Shown here one piece after another: positions 38,522 through 51,574 of a stretch of DNA of 64,000 bases. Origin of the DNA: Sphaerodactylus townsendi (Eukaryota); assembly GCF_021028975.2 (NCBI RefSeq), contig NC_059427.1:7564001-7628000 (forward strand), in the 5' to 3' direction. A program made the translations under genes and the position numbers. Positions within the stretch are counted from its first letter, which is position 1. Every line of letters starts with the position of its first letter. The notes below the pieces were generated by a model. It was not told the origin of the DNA, ran no database searches, and was given only the letters and a program-made list of their open reading frames with translations.

Positions 38522-39296
38522 TGTTATGTTTCTTAAGATGGTGGAGTTTTGTCTTTAATCACTCTTAGACATTATTGACATGGATTGGTACCCTTTCACA
38601 CAGTTCACATAGTCTCTCCACTGTTAAACACCCACTCCACAGAAATCTCCCTTGAGTTAAAGCGGATCACTGATACATTAGACAGGGAATCCTCTTCTGA
38701 GTACAATTTCCTTTCCAACTGGCTGAGTATAATTCCCTTTCCAACTGGCTTCTAACTCCCAGAAGATAAATTCCTTTCACTCTTCATTTATGGTTACTGT
38801 TTGTGTATTTTCTGATCTCAGTATACACTGACCCACAATATATTTTAGATCAGCTTTAATCTCTGATTGAAATTATCTCCCAAAGATTCACTTTACTCTT
38901 TATTTACAGTCACTATGGAAAGAGTCTCTCTCTATTCCACTTCAGCTTTGACTACTAAATAAACTTCCAGTATTTTCTGCTCTCAGCATACACTGACACG
39001 CAATATATTTCAGATCAGCTTTAATCTCTGATTAAAATTCTCTCCGTCTAGATTTACACACAGGTAAATATAGACTACCCTCACCTAAAGAATTGATGTT
39101 AACACGTTGGAATCCAGAAGCCATTAATCTTTTCCCTCTCAGAGAGATAACTCCATTTCTTAGCTTCTTCCTCCACCAATCATCACAGGTCAGCTTCCCC
39201 AATAAGAATCCTTCAAGGAAGATTTCCTTTCACACTCTGATTGCGCTTTGTTTTTGAATGCCTTTGAAACCTTATTTACCTGTGCAGTCCATCACA
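38522..39296. mobile_element. Probable solo LTR
   Basis: TGTTAT...ATCACA; internal ~75-bp direct repeat (38805/38969); paralog homology resumes just after it; no clean TSD. Confidence 0.45.
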
Positions 39297-39454
39297 CTTG
39301 TACTTCTCCTTTTCCTGATGTGTGCTTAAATGTTGATAAGGTTTTTCCAGACCCTTAACTCCCATTGTATAAAATATTATTGACCACTGACTGTACCTGC
39401 TAACCAGTGTTTGTATCGTTTAATTCTTATTTGATTTCTGCCTCTGTTTTGCAG

Positions 39455-41121
39455 TTGCAGATGTGAGGGAGTTGGTGAATGAGAAGGAATCTGGAAGGAG
39501 AATTGTGGGAAAAAGCAAACTGAACGTGGAAGGAAAATCTGGGGATCAAACAGTACCAAAGCGAAAATGCACAACCAAAAGCATTAAAACACATCAGAGC
39601 ACTACAACATGCTGGAAAAAGTATAAATGCTTGGAATGTGGAAAAAGCTTCAGCAGCAGTAGTCTGTTTAAAAGACTTGAAAGGGAGAAGCCATATAAAT
39701 GCTTGGAGTGTGGAAAGTGCATCTCACAGAATAGCTGCCTAACTGCACATAAAAAAATGCGTACAGAGGGGAAGCCATATAGGTGCTTGGAGTGTAGAAA
39801 CTGCTTCTCTCAACATAGTGACCAAATGAAACATCAAAAGGTTCACACAGGGGAGAAACCATATAAATGTTTGGAGTGTGGAAAGTGCTTCTCTCAGAAA
39901 GGCAACCTAAATGTACATCAAAAGATTCACACAGGGAAGAAGCCATATAAATGTTTGGAATGTGGAAAGTGCTTCTCTCGGAATGACTACCTAACTGCAC
40001 ATCAAAAGATTCACACTGGGGAGAAGCCATACAAATGCTTTGAGTGTGGAAAGTGCTTCTCTTGGAATGTCAGTCTAACAGCACATCAACAGGTTCACAT
40101 ACGGGTGAAGCCGTATACATGCTTTGAGTGCGGAAAGTCCTTTTCTCAGAATCACTCCTTAAGAACATATCAAAAGGTTCACACAGGGAAGAAGCCATAT
40201 AAATGCTTGGAGTGTGGAAAGTCCTTTTCTCAGAATCGTTCCCTAAGGACACATCAAAAAGTTCACACAGAGGAAAAGTCATATAAATGCTTGGAGTGTG
40301 GAAAGGGCTTCCCTTCGCATGTCAACCTAAGGGCACATCAGAGGATTCACACAGGGGTGAAACAGTATAAATGCTTGGTTTGTGGAAAGTGCTTCTATCA
40401 GAATGCCCATCTAACCGTACATCAAAAAGTTCACACTGGGGAGAAGCCATATAGATGCTTGGAGTGTGGAAAGTGTTTCTCTGAGAGTGGCTCCCTAAGA
40501 AAACATGAAAAGATTCACACAGGGGAGAAGCCATATAAATGCTTGGAGTGTGGAAAGTGCTTCTCTTGGAATGGCTCCCTAAGAGTACATGAAAAAGTTC
40601 ACACCGGGGAGAAGCCATATAAATGCTTGGAATGTGGAAAGTGTTTCTCTGATAATGGCTCTCTAAGAACACATGGAAAGGTCCACACAGGGGCAAAGCC
40701 ATATAAATGCTTGGAGTGTGGAAAGTGTTTTTCTCAGAATTGCTCCCTAAAAACACATCAAAAGCTTCACACAGGGGATAAACCATATAAATGCATACAG
40801 TGTGGAAAGTGTTTCTCCCAGAATGCCCACCTAACTAGACATCAAAAGGTTCACTCAAGGGAGAAGCCACATAAATGCTGGGAGTGTGGAAAGTGCTTCT
40901 CTGAGAATAGCAACTTAACTAAACATCAAAAGGTTCACACAGGAGACAAGCCGCATAAATGCTTGGAGTGTGGAAAGTGCTTCTCTCAGAAAAGCCACTT
41001 AACTAGACATCGAAAGCTTCATATAGGGAAAAAGCCATCTAAAATCTTGGAGCCTGGAAATTGCTTCTCTTGGAATGATCAACTAACCAGACATCAAAAG
41101 GTTCACATAGGGGAGAAATGA
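39455..41121 (+). CDS. ZNF-3 terminal exon: 14 intact plus 4 degenerate C2H2 fingers
   Basis: Acceptor TTTTGCAG|TT, phase 1; YKCLECGK...HTGEKP repeats; spliced CDS 2097 nt. Confidence 0.93.
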
Positions 41122-41989
41122 TAGAAATTCCTGGAGTACGGGAAGGGATTCATTCATAGTCAACCATTAACATAAAATGTGTTTATTGCTTTAACAGTTG
41201 TGCATCACTTAAACAATTACACAGTCTGAAAGTGATGTTTGCTAGTTTTGTGTAAATTTAGTTCACTCAACTAAGCAAAAAATGTGACCATGCCTCAGGT
41301 TTCTAAATGAGTGTATCACTTTAACAGTTACCTGGTCTGAAACTGATGTTTGTTAGTTCTGTGTAAATTCACAATTTTGTCAATGTAAATTGTAATAATC
41401 ATTTGTAGCCTAATTTCACAGTGTTTGGACTTTTTCATTTAGAGTCAAAGCATTACCGTACAGCATAAGATTCACAAAGGCAAAGAGACATTCAATTAAA
41501 CTGGCTGTTGTGGGGTTTCCGGGCTTTTTTAGGGCCTTGGTTTGGTAGTTTTTGCTCCTAACGTTCCACCTACTCCAATCACAGCTAGCATAGAGCAAAA
41601 TCAGTTCAAGTGACTAACCTTGCCAGTTTGTGGCCCTCACCTGTTTTATGTTAGCTGCTCTGGACGTGACTCATCTCAATGCCTATATCCTTCATTTTGT
41701 CTATCCCCCTTCCTTTTCCTCAACCAAATATATGTAGCATTTTTGATGAGCAAAACCTACGTATTTGTCTCTGTACTTTTCTCTAATGTGAGTGGATCAC
41801 AAAGAGTGCCATAATTTTCTAGCGAGAGGCTAGAATGATTTGAAAAGGTGTCATATTGCGTCCCAGAATGATCTGAAAAAATGTCATAATTAAATGGTTG
41901 ATCTGCCAGTTTGTAATTCTCACCTGTTTTATGGTAGCTGCCCTGGATGAGACCCATCTCTGTGCCCATTTCCCTCCTTTCTGTCCAGG

Positions 41990-43776
41990 CCCATATAGAT
42001 CAGATTGAATTAATTCAATGGGTTGCTTAGAACATCTTTGGCTTTGCTTTGGAACTGAAGGCCAGGTTGCCTTTCCTTTGTACAACAGTCACACAATTGG
42101 TTATCATTGAGACAGTCTTTTATATTGATTCCTGTCACCAAGTTCTTGCTTTGTAATTTCAGGATGGCTTCTTTATCGCAATGAGCAAACCTCCTGTGCC
42201 AAAGCTCCAGGGACTTCGGATCAGAAGTTGTCTTGGCTATGCAGGCCTTTGGTTCCTGCCAATCCAGCTCAAATATTTCTTCGTGAACCTGTAGAATACA
42301 GCTCACCTTTGCACAAAACAATTCACACATTATTCTCTAATGTACAGTAAATCCTTTTTCCGAAAGTGTGGGCACACTCAGCAAGTTTGCTTTTAAATTG
42401 TCTGCAACAATTTCAGTTTCGTTGTTACCTAGCTGGCAATTTAAAGTAATTTTCCCTTTCCTTTTATCTGTACTTGGTTTCCATTGGTGAAATGCATATT
42501 GACTCCAGCATGTGTGTCCAATTCAACAGTTAATGTCATGTGTATGGATTGCACCGCTATCCATTAACCAAGGCCTATGATCCCCATTGGTTTGTGCTAT
42601 GTGAGACAAAATAGTTGAATTGCTTTTTAGAGGAAAAATCCGTTTGTTTATGTAAAACAGCACCTTTGCTGTTTGCACCTCCATCTTAATTGTGTGGGCA
42701 CTCTCTCTATAGGTGGCCTGACTTGTTACAATTGAAACAGAGAGGAGCGTTTCTCTTATCTCTGGGGTTGGGCCTCCTGTGATCAAATGGCTTAGTTCCT
42801 GCCCCTTTTAGTCTGGCCTCTGGGACCATGTAATTTGATTCATTTCTGCCTTTGTGCTCACAAAGGTAGTTCTGTTGTTTATGGAATTCAGACCTGGTGA
42901 GCACAAGAATCTCCTCAAAGGTAGAATTTTTTCCATTAAGCATTGAGACAGAAGCTGAGTATGTCTCAGGTAACGAGCTTCAGAGCAGTCCAATTTTTAA
43001 TTCTTCTTGCAGAACTGTGCCAGCAGTTGCTAATTTATCGATTAGATTTAACAACCTTTCTATATGGCTTTCTGCATCTCCATTTTCCCGCAGTTTGATG
43101 GAAAATAGCTGCATAAACAAAGTAATCCTACTGCTGTGGCAGCAATAATATCTTTAGCAGTGCTTTGGCCTTTCACATATACTAATTGGGAATCGGGCAG
43201 TGTGCTAATAATTAAATTCATTGCCTTTCCATCTGCACTTTCCCATAGGGCCTTTCCATCACTGCTGAGAGGTTTTATCAGTATTTAAAGCAATATCGGC
43301 CTTTTTCTCTTCTAGTTGACGCTGAATTCTATAGAGCCAAGCATTAAAATTCTCACTAGTCAATTTTTCAAAGATCACCATTCTCTGAGCCATATCTGCA
43401 TTCAAAAGGAATGGAAAATTTGCTCTGCATTCAGACACGCAGGAAAGCAAGATGTTAAAACTGTGCACGCACTCCTTTTGTTGCTAGCAGCCCCATGAAC
43501 CATGCAAGAAGGGGGAAAATCAGTTCCAGCTCTGAAGTTCACGACCGTAGCTCTGAAGTTCACGACAATAGAAGTCACGACAGTAACAAGATGCCATAAT
43601 GGCATGTTCATGTGCTTAGGAAACAAAAGGAGAATGAATGGCTATAGAGGGAGAAGGAGGAGGAAGCTAGTGGGCGGTCCCCAGGCCCAGACAAAGAGAG
43701 CAATCCCCAAGAGATAACCACATAGAAAGTACAGCACCCCCCAGTGTCCAGGCATGCAGAGTCGCTCATTTCAACA
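41990..43776 (-). mobile_element. Ty1/Copia LTR retrotransposon relic (putative 5' LTR, gag, protease, pre-integrase, start of integrase)
   Basis: KLTSENFNAW (gag N-terminus), CFNCNKSGHL (zinc knuckle), WLMDSGA (protease), LWHRRFAH...CDCC, IELIQSDLYGP in Copia order; candidate LTR TGTTG...CA at 43776-43503; many stops and frameshifts. Confidence 0.88.
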
Positions 43777-44899
43777 CTTGTTTCACACCGGGAAAGGACA
43801 GAGTAGAAGCCGGAATGAGCCAAAACGCCCCCGAATGGGCATTAAACGAGTTAGAGGACCACAAAAAACTGTGGCATGCATAAGATGCACTTCAGAACTA
43901 AAATCTAGAACAAAAACCACAGACAGAACGAGCATTTATTAACCCTTTCAGGCCAAAAATGCCTTTGGAACAGCAAAAAAAGCCCGGAACGGGCATTAAA
44001 CAAGTTGAAGGACCACAAAAAACTGTGGCATGCATAAGATACACTCCAAAATTACAATCAAGAACAGAAAACATAGAAAGAACATGCATTTATCAATCCT
44101 TTCCAGGCCAAAAATGCCTCCCGAACAGCAAAAAACGGTCCGGAATGACCCGGAACGAGAATTAAACGAGTTAGAGGACCACAAAAAACTGTGGCATACA
44201 TTAGAGGCACTCCAGAATTACAATCTAGAACAGAAAACGCACAGCAAACCTGCCTCTTATGCCCTTACGGGCCAAAATGCCTTAATACCTAGGAAACGGA
44301 CCGGAACAGCCCGGAACTGGCATCAAACAAATTAGAGGGCCACAAAAAACTGAGGCATGCATTAGAGGCACTCCGGAACTTTTCCTAGAAGGAAAAACAC
44401 ATCTGCCGCTCTTATCCTGTTCCGGGACAAAATGTTTTTGGAGCCAGAAAATAGCCCGGAATGGGCATCAAACGAATTAGAGGGCCACAACCAACTGTGG
44501 CTTGCATTAGAGTCACTTCAGAACTAGAATCTAGAACAGAAAATGCACGGCCAACCTGCCTCTCTTACCCCATTTCAGGCCAAACTGCTTTTAAAGCCAG
44601 GAAATGGCTCCAAACAGGCATTTTTGGCCTGAAAAGGGTTAATAAATGCACATTCTTTCTGTGTTTTTTTGCTCTAGATTTTAGTTCTGGAGTGCATCTT
44701 ATGCATGCCACAGTTTTTTGTGTAACTCGTTTAATGCCCGTTTCGGGCTTTGTTGTTGTTGTTGTCGTTGTTTTGGAGGCATTTTTGGCCTGGAAAGGGT
44801 TAATGTGCAGTTTTTCTTCCAGATTGTAGTTCTGCGGTGCCCATTCCAGGCCTTTCCGCCTCGTTCCGGCTTTTAACCTGTTCCCAGAAAAACAACAAG
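43777..44899. repeat. ~145-166-bp tandem array with an inverted terminal block (foldback-like)
   Basis: Units start at ~43837, 43991, 44157, 44318 and 44463; reverse-complement units at 44615-44880. Confidence 0.85.
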
Positions 44900-45802
44900 A
44901 ATAAGAACATAAGAACATAAGAACATAAGAACATAAGAACAAGCCAGCTGGATCAGACCAAAGTCCATCTAGTCCAGCTCTCTGCTACTCGCAGTGGCCC
45001 ACCAGGTGCCTTTGGGAGCTCACATGTAGGATGTGAACGCAATGGCCTTCTGCGGCTGTTGCTCCCGATCACCTGGTCTGTTAAGGCATTTGCAATCTCA
45101 GTTCAAAGAGGATCAAGATTGGTAGCCATAAATCGACTTCTCCTCCATAAATCTGTCCAAGCCCCTTTTAAAGCTATCCGGGTTAGTGGCCATCACCACC
45201 TCCTGTGGCAGCATATTCCAAACACCAATCACACGTTGCGTGAAGAAGTGTTTCCTTTTAGGAGTCCTAATTCTTCCCCCCAGCATTTTCAATGAATGCC
45301 CCCTGGTTCTAGTATTGTGAGAAAGAGAGAAAAATTTCTCTCTGTCAACATTTTCTACCCCATGCATAATTTTATAGACTTCAATCATATCCCCCCTTAG
45401 CCGCCTCCTCTCCAAACTAAAGAGTCCCAAACGCTGCAGCCTCTCCTCATAGGGAAGGTGCTCCAGTCCCTCAATCATCCTTGTTGCCCTTCTCTGCACT
45501 TTTCCTATCTCCTCAATATCCTTTTTGAGATGCGGCGACCAGAACTGGACACAGGACTCCAAGTGCGGTCGCACCACTGCTTTATATAAGGGCATGACAA
45601 TCTTTGCAGTTTTATTATCAATTCCTTTCCTAATTATCCCCAGCATAGAGTTTGCCTTTTTCACAGCTGCCATGCATTGAGTTGACATTCCCATGGAACC
45701 ATCAACTAAGACGCCTAAATCCCTTTCCTGGTCTGTGACTGATAGCACTGACCCCTGTAGCGTGTAGGTGAAGTTTGGATTTTTTGCCCCTGTGTGAATC
45801 AT
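44900..45802 (-). mobile_element. Young 5'-truncated CR1 LINE
   Basis: Uninterrupted ORF2 C-terminus (ERDLGV...VRPHLESCVQFWSP...TRGHSLK); (GTTCTTAT)n tail. Confidence 0.93.
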
Positions 45803-45904
45803 CGCTACATACACCTGAGCCCGTTTTGCTGGCATGGGGATGGGCAGGGAAAGTTTCCTTCCCCATCCCCTTCTGTTCTTGCCCCGGCTCTGGCTGTTGC
45901 AGGG

Positions 45905-45924
45905 AACTACATTTCCTAGAAGAC
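45905..45924 (+). promoter_or_regulatory. ZNF143/THAP11-type motif of the ZNF-4 promoter
   Basis: AACTACATTTCCTAGAAGAC in a CpG-rich paralog of 31200-31700. Confidence 0.6.
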
Positions 45925-46019
45925 GTTGCGAGCACCAAAGAGGTCAGCCCTGCTTTTCCCAGGCGTCGTGCGCCGGAGGCAGGTTTTTCATTAAAGGGAA
46001 GGAGGAGATTTGGGGGACT

Positions 46020-46100
46020 ATGGAGTCCAACAGGGCCTGTCTTCTTCCTCGCTCTCCTCGGCTGGAGGGAGAATCTGGCTTTTGCACGTCTGCAGGAGAG
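46020..46100 (+). CDS. ZNF-4 exon 1 (coding part)
   Basis: ACTATGG Kozak context; 81 bp, MESNRACLLPRSPRLEGESGFCTSAGE; donor GAG|GTGAGC, phase 0. Confidence 0.75.
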
Positions 46101-46320
46101 GTGAGCTGAGGATTTCATAAAGCTAATCTTGGGCAAGAAGGGGGGAGGGGAGAAAAAATAGGGGTGAAATGGAGAGGAAGAGGTGGCCGGAAAGCAGCAA
46201 GAGGCCGGTTTCCCGGGCGAGATCTGCTTCCACCCCCTTGAATGTGCTCCTGCCACCAGCCCGGGCTTGCTTTGTTCTTCGCAGCCGGACGGACCCTGAT
46301 CTGACCCAACAGGACTCATG

Positions 46321-46442
46321 GGCCTCTTCCGCACATGCAGAATAATGCACTTTCAACCCACTTTCAATGCAGTTTGCTGCTGGATTTTAGCAAAACCCAC
46401 TTGCAAAAAATTGTGAAAGTGGATTTAAAGTGCATTATTCTG
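46321..46442. mobile_element. Harbinger-type MITE (partial)
   Basis: Inverted arms CAGAATAATGCACTTT / AAAGTGCATTATTCTG. Confidence 0.7.
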
Positions 46443-47266
46443 TTCTTTCTGCTCCTCTCCTCCTTCCCCCCCCACCCCCACTTGCTCCTTCCACTGTTGT
46501 CTCCTGGTGGAAAACCAGATAGTGAAAACCTTAAATAGTTTATCTTGCTTTTATTGAGGCTCCTAATTTTCATTTTGTTATAGCTCAATAATCTCCCCAT
46601 TTAGTAATGTTTCTGTTCTGTGTTTCTATTCTGTGACATTGAAAATCTGTTGAGATGATACAGTAGCCCACTTTCAGTTCAAGACCATGTTGTACAAATG
46701 GCAGTGATTCCAAAGTACACAGGTATCCAGAAGAGTCTCTGAGGGGTTGCAGGTTTGTTCTAGCTGTTTTGAGTCCGGCTTCTCTTACCTGCCAAGTTCC
46801 TAGGATCACAGGACATGGTGTGAAGAGACCTTGGGTTTATTAGGGGGGCAAGTAGAAAGAAAAATGACCTTAATTAGGTCAGGTGATGTTTGCCAAGCTG
46901 AATGCAAGCTTTCTAGTAACACAGAATGCCTCTTCAGTCAAAACTGTATACAGCAGAACCCTTCTGTGGGAAAACATTATCACCTATTTCTGGCGTTAAA
47001 TATGCAAGACAGTGTAGTAGACAGTGGTATACAATTAGTCAAAGGTTTTTTTTCATTTAATGGAACTTGACTACAAAAAGTTTGGTTCTGTGAAGTTTTC
47101 TGAATTTATATTTCTTGGAGACTTTCATTATAACTTTCAGAGGCTAAAAAACAAGCAATTTTCCATGCTGTTGTATCAATTAGTTGAGTAGCCGATAGAA
47201 TCCTTTTTAAATTCTTGAATGCTCAGGGATAGGAATCAATCATCTGACAATATTTTCCCATTACAG

Positions 47267-47396
47267 AGATCCATAGTGTCCTTTAAGGAGGTAACTGTGT
47301 GCTTCACAGAGGATGAATGGGCTCTTCTGGATGCAAGCCAAAGAAAACTGTTCTGGGAAATTGCGGAGGAAACCTATGAGACTGTGGCCTCTCTGA
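47267..47396 (+). CDS. ZNF-4 KRAB-A exon 1 (divergent)
   Basis: 130 bp, phase 0-1; RSIVSFKEVTVCFTEDEWALLDASQRKLFWEIAEETY. Confidence 0.82.
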
Positions 47397-49013
47397 GTAA
47401 GGATGTTTTCACTTTTATTGTGATCATAGAAGACAAGGAAGGGGATGACATCTCCCTTTGTCCCTCTTGATTTCTTCCCTTTGTCCTAGAGGAAAGAACC
47501 AAATTCCCACACCTGGGGATCTCATAGTAGTGCCTGGAAAAGAAAATATTAATCACTTAGATGTTATAGAGAAATCTTGTTGATGAAGAGGGCTCTGGCT
47601 GGGAGAGACTGACAATATCCAGTCAGCTTCCTGCTAGCAAATCCTTGCAGCTCCTGTTTTCTTCATCATCTTTTCTATTTTGGCGTTGAGTGGTTCTCCA
47701 GTAGTCCTTTATTGAGTGAGGCTGATAGGAGACAAGGAATGGCCTTGTTGATTTGAGTAGGCCAGAGGAGAGATCTTGGCTGAGTGGCAGAGCTCCAGTT
47801 CCAAGTCTCAAAAGTCTGGATTTTAATCCCTGACACTGGGGAAAGTGTTTAGATCTGAGGCTCTTTGGTTGCAGGACTGGGAAAGCCCCCTGCCTGATGC
47901 TATCCCAAGGCACCACCCCTTGGAGCAGAATCAGCTGAACGTACTGTCATTATTTATTACATTTACATCCACCTGCCTAGGCAGGGATCGGAGTAATTAA
48001 CATCATAAATCCAATAAAATACATCAACCAATTGATAACAATAAAACCAGAGTGAATATCTAAAATAATGATGCCTAAGGCCCACACACTAAAACAACAC
48101 ATATGTTGTGATTCTAACCAAGGTTGCGAGTCAGAGAACAAAAACATATCCAACTTGACTGGTGGCTGAAAGGGAAGCTGGTGGGAAGGCTGGAGGCAAG
48201 GGGGCAAGGGTCCAGGTGAGCAGGTTAAAAATATAGTCGGTGGAAAACTGTTACTGTCCTGACCCATAAGAAGATCTTTGTCTTGCAAGCCCTTCAAAGC
48301 TGGGTGAGGTCTTTAAACACCCAGATCTCCTTCAAAATTTGCTTCCATTGCCAATAGTGGAAGGGTGGCATAGTGCTCATCTCTGCCAGGATGTTCTGAT
48401 TCAATTCCTTTTTGGAACTGCAAGTCGTATGATCATCCTGAAGCAGATGGCCAGTTTTAGACACTTGGCTTTATGATTTGATGAGGAGTTATATCTTTCA
48501 CCATCAATTTCAGAAGCAGTTGTGGTGGAGAGAAGTCTGGGGATTGCCTGTTCCTGGATGTTCCAATTCTTTCCATGTTTGACATGGCTTTTGATGGGAA
48601 GGGGAAGGAGACACTTTATTTTCCTCTGCATCGCCTGTTCCACACTTTCCTTTTTCTTATTGTGATATAAGCCTTCTCCTCAGTGGCAAGATGTTCTTAG
48701 CATAGCAAATGTAATGAAGTTGGGTCACTACTATGAGGTAAGTGTTGTACTGAGCTTGAAGAGGACAGAAATCATTGAAGCAGAGAGTGTGAGAACACAA
48801 GTAGATTTATTCCTATGCATAGGAAGCTGCTCTACACAGTGACAAATGAGCACGGGAACCTTCTCTTCTATGTTCCCAGATAGTTTGGGGGCTTTGTAAT
48901 TCCACTTAGGTTTAGTTGCATGGAATTCTATTTCGGAGAAGTCCTAGCAAGCACCAGAGAGGTCAGTTCTATCTGTTTTAGGTGTTCACAGAGCATTGTT
49001 TTCTTTTCTCAAG

Positions 49014-49117
49014 GTGCAGAAGGAAAAATATGGAATGTGGAATCCCACAGGGTCTCTCTTCTTTCTTGTTTCCCACAACCAGAGGGAGACTTTGGCTTTT
49101 GCACCTCTTCAGGAAAG
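49014..49117 (+). CDS. ZNF-4 inter-KRAB linker exon, derived from duplicated exon 1
   Basis: Acceptor TTGTTTTCTTTTCTCAAG|; 104 bp, phase 1-0; donor AAG|GTGAGT; open frame AEGKIWNVESHRVSLLSCFPQPEGDFGFCTSSGK. Confidence 0.68.
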
Positions 49118-49519
49118 GTGAGTTTGGGATTTCCTCAGCAGCTGTTTGGCAAAAATAGAGGGAGAGGAGAAAGAAAATATGTGTGAAGGGGAGTGAAAGA
49201 GGAAGAGATGACCAGAGGGAAGAGTGAGAGAGAGATTTCTCGGGGAGTATCTGAGGGGCACTCAAGACCTTTTGTTTTTACTGACATGAATGTGTTTTAG
49301 GCAAACAGCCTGGGTTTGTTTTATTCTTTTTTATTTTTTCAATATTTTTTTATAACTGACACACTACAAGATGGTGAACCAGCCACTCTATAAAGAATTA
49401 AAACGATAAATAAAGAAAAATAGAATGTCACCCTCAATCCCCCCAAATATTTATCCCATTATATACAGTGACTATATAGCCACACATATATATGTATTTT
49501 GTTGCTCATCCTAGTCTTC

Positions 49520-50697
49520 TAATGAACCTCTGCTATTTTTTGATGGAGTGACAAGCTTGGTAGACGAAGGGAATGCTGTGGACGTAGCACACCTTGATTT
49601 TAGTAAAGCTTTTGACAAGGTGCCCCATAATGTTCTTGAAAGTAAGCTAGTGAAATGTGGACTAGACAATGCTTCTATTAGATGGATGTGTAATTGGTTG
49701 ACTGACCGAACTCAAAGGGTGCTCATCAATGGTTCATCTTCATCGTGGAGAGAAGTGACTAGTGGGGTGCCACAGGGTTCTGTCCTATTCTGGCCCAATC
49801 CTATTCGTTATTTTTATCAGCGACTTAGATTATGGAATAGAGGGCTTGCTAATCAGTTTTGCTGATGATACCAGAATAAAAGGGGTAGCTAATACCCCAG
49901 AGGACAGAGTCAGAATTCAAAATGACCTGGACAGGTTAGAGAGCTGGGCCAAAGCTAACAAAATGGATAAATGAAAGATATTACACTTAGGCAGAAAAAA
50001 TGAAATGCACAGATATAGGATGGGTGACACCTGAATTTACATGTGAAAGGAATATGGAAGTCTTAGTAGACCACAAACTGAACTTGAGTCAGCAGTGTGA
50101 TGTGGCGGCCAAGAAAGCCAATGCAATTCTGGGCTGTATCAGTACAAGTATAGTGTCTAGATCAAGGGATGTAATTGTACCTCTCTATTCTGCATTGGTT
50201 AGACCTCACCTGGAATATTGTGTACAGTTCTGGGCACCTCAATTCAAAAAGGATATTGACAAGCTGGAACATATCCAGAGGAGGGTAACCAAATAAAAGG
50301 AATGGAATCCATGCCCTACAAGGAGAGACTTAGGGAGCTGGGTATGTTTAGCTTGGTGAAGAAAAGGTTAAGAGGTGACATGATAACCATGTTTAGATAT
50401 TTGAAGGAATGTCATGTTGGTGAGGGAGCAAGTTTGTTTTCTGCTGCTCCAGAGACTAGGAACAGGAGTAATGGGTTCAAGGTGATGGAAAAGAGATTCC
50501 ACCTAAACATCAGGAAAAACTTCCTGACAGTAAGGGCTGTTCGACAGTGGAATGCACTGCCTCAGAGTGTGGTGGAGTCTCCTTCTTGGGAGGTTTTTAA
50601 AGAGGCCATCTGTCAGGAGTGCTTTGATTGTGTGTTCCTATATTGCAGGGGTTTAGACTTGATGGCCCTTGGGGTCTCTTCCAACTCTATGATTCTG
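49520..50697 (+). mobile_element. Degenerate CR1 LINE with RT domain
   Basis: [37 protein letters not shown] across frameshifts; CR1 3' end. Confidence 0.93.
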
Positions 50698-51574
50698 TAT
50701 TGTCCCATTGCCAAGATGGTGTTCGGCAGGCTTCAGTGGCCAGACTTCACCCAGTGCTCCTCACCCCTCCATTCCACAACACCTTTCTCTCTTGTGGCTC
50801 CATTTAATTAATGGAGCCACAGTGGCTCAGTTAGAGCACCTGAGCAAAAAGGAGACAACAGGGTCATCTTTCCTTCTGGAGAGCAACAGCCATTCATGGT
50901 GCCAGAAGCTGGAAGTCTGGTTTGTTTTATTTTTAACAGATGGATCCCTAGTCTGACCTGGCAGGGTTCATTGTCTGTTCTGACTGACCTCCATGGCTTA
51001 CTGCATTGTAATGTTCTCTTTTTTTTTTTTGCATGCTTCGAGGGCTAAACCCAAAAGAGGCATCTGGTTACACCTACTGTTGCTTCCTCTAGAGTGTGAT
51101 TCCATTTTGCATCACGCTAAAAAAGATCTCTGGATTGGAAACTGGTCTCAAGGGTTGTTTTGAAATGGAGGGGATCTATTCTACCTTTCCTGTTTGTTCT
51201 TCTCCATCTTTCTGGCTTCTCAGAAGTAAACTGTTGCTCAGAAGTAAACTGTTGCAAAAGAGCAGAGGGATATTCTGGGGCCAGAATGTTTCCATTCCCT
51301 TCATTTTTGGCATCACAGATCCCACAGTGTTCTTGATGCTGGTAGCCAATTTTGAGGCTCCTATCTTTCATTGTATTATTCTAGATAGAAAAAATCCCCC
51401 CCTCTTGCCATCTTAGCAATTTATCTGTAGTACATATTATTAACCTCATATGACCAGATGTCTTGAGCATGAAGAGATGCATAAGAAGAAAAATGAGCAT
51501 TACAACATCATAAAAATCTTAAATGCACAGGGACCGCAATAGATGATCGACTTGGCCATATTTTCTTATTTCAG

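Noticed and set aside
39668-40786. Repetitive antisense and alternative-frame ORFs (MASPLCE..., also 53540-54595, 7655-8035, 23827-24453)
   Set aside because: Shadow frames of the zinc-finger arrays
39600-41100. 84-bp periodic repeats with variable cores that could be mistaken for a CRISPR-like array (also 7.4-8.3, 23.9-24.5 and 53.5-54.8 kb)
   Set aside because: They are in-frame C2H2 finger codons in a vertebrate gene; no cas genes are present
45113-45835. 240-aa ORF as a host gene
   Set aside because: It is the CR1 ORF2 C-terminus, with a start codon borrowed from flanking DNA
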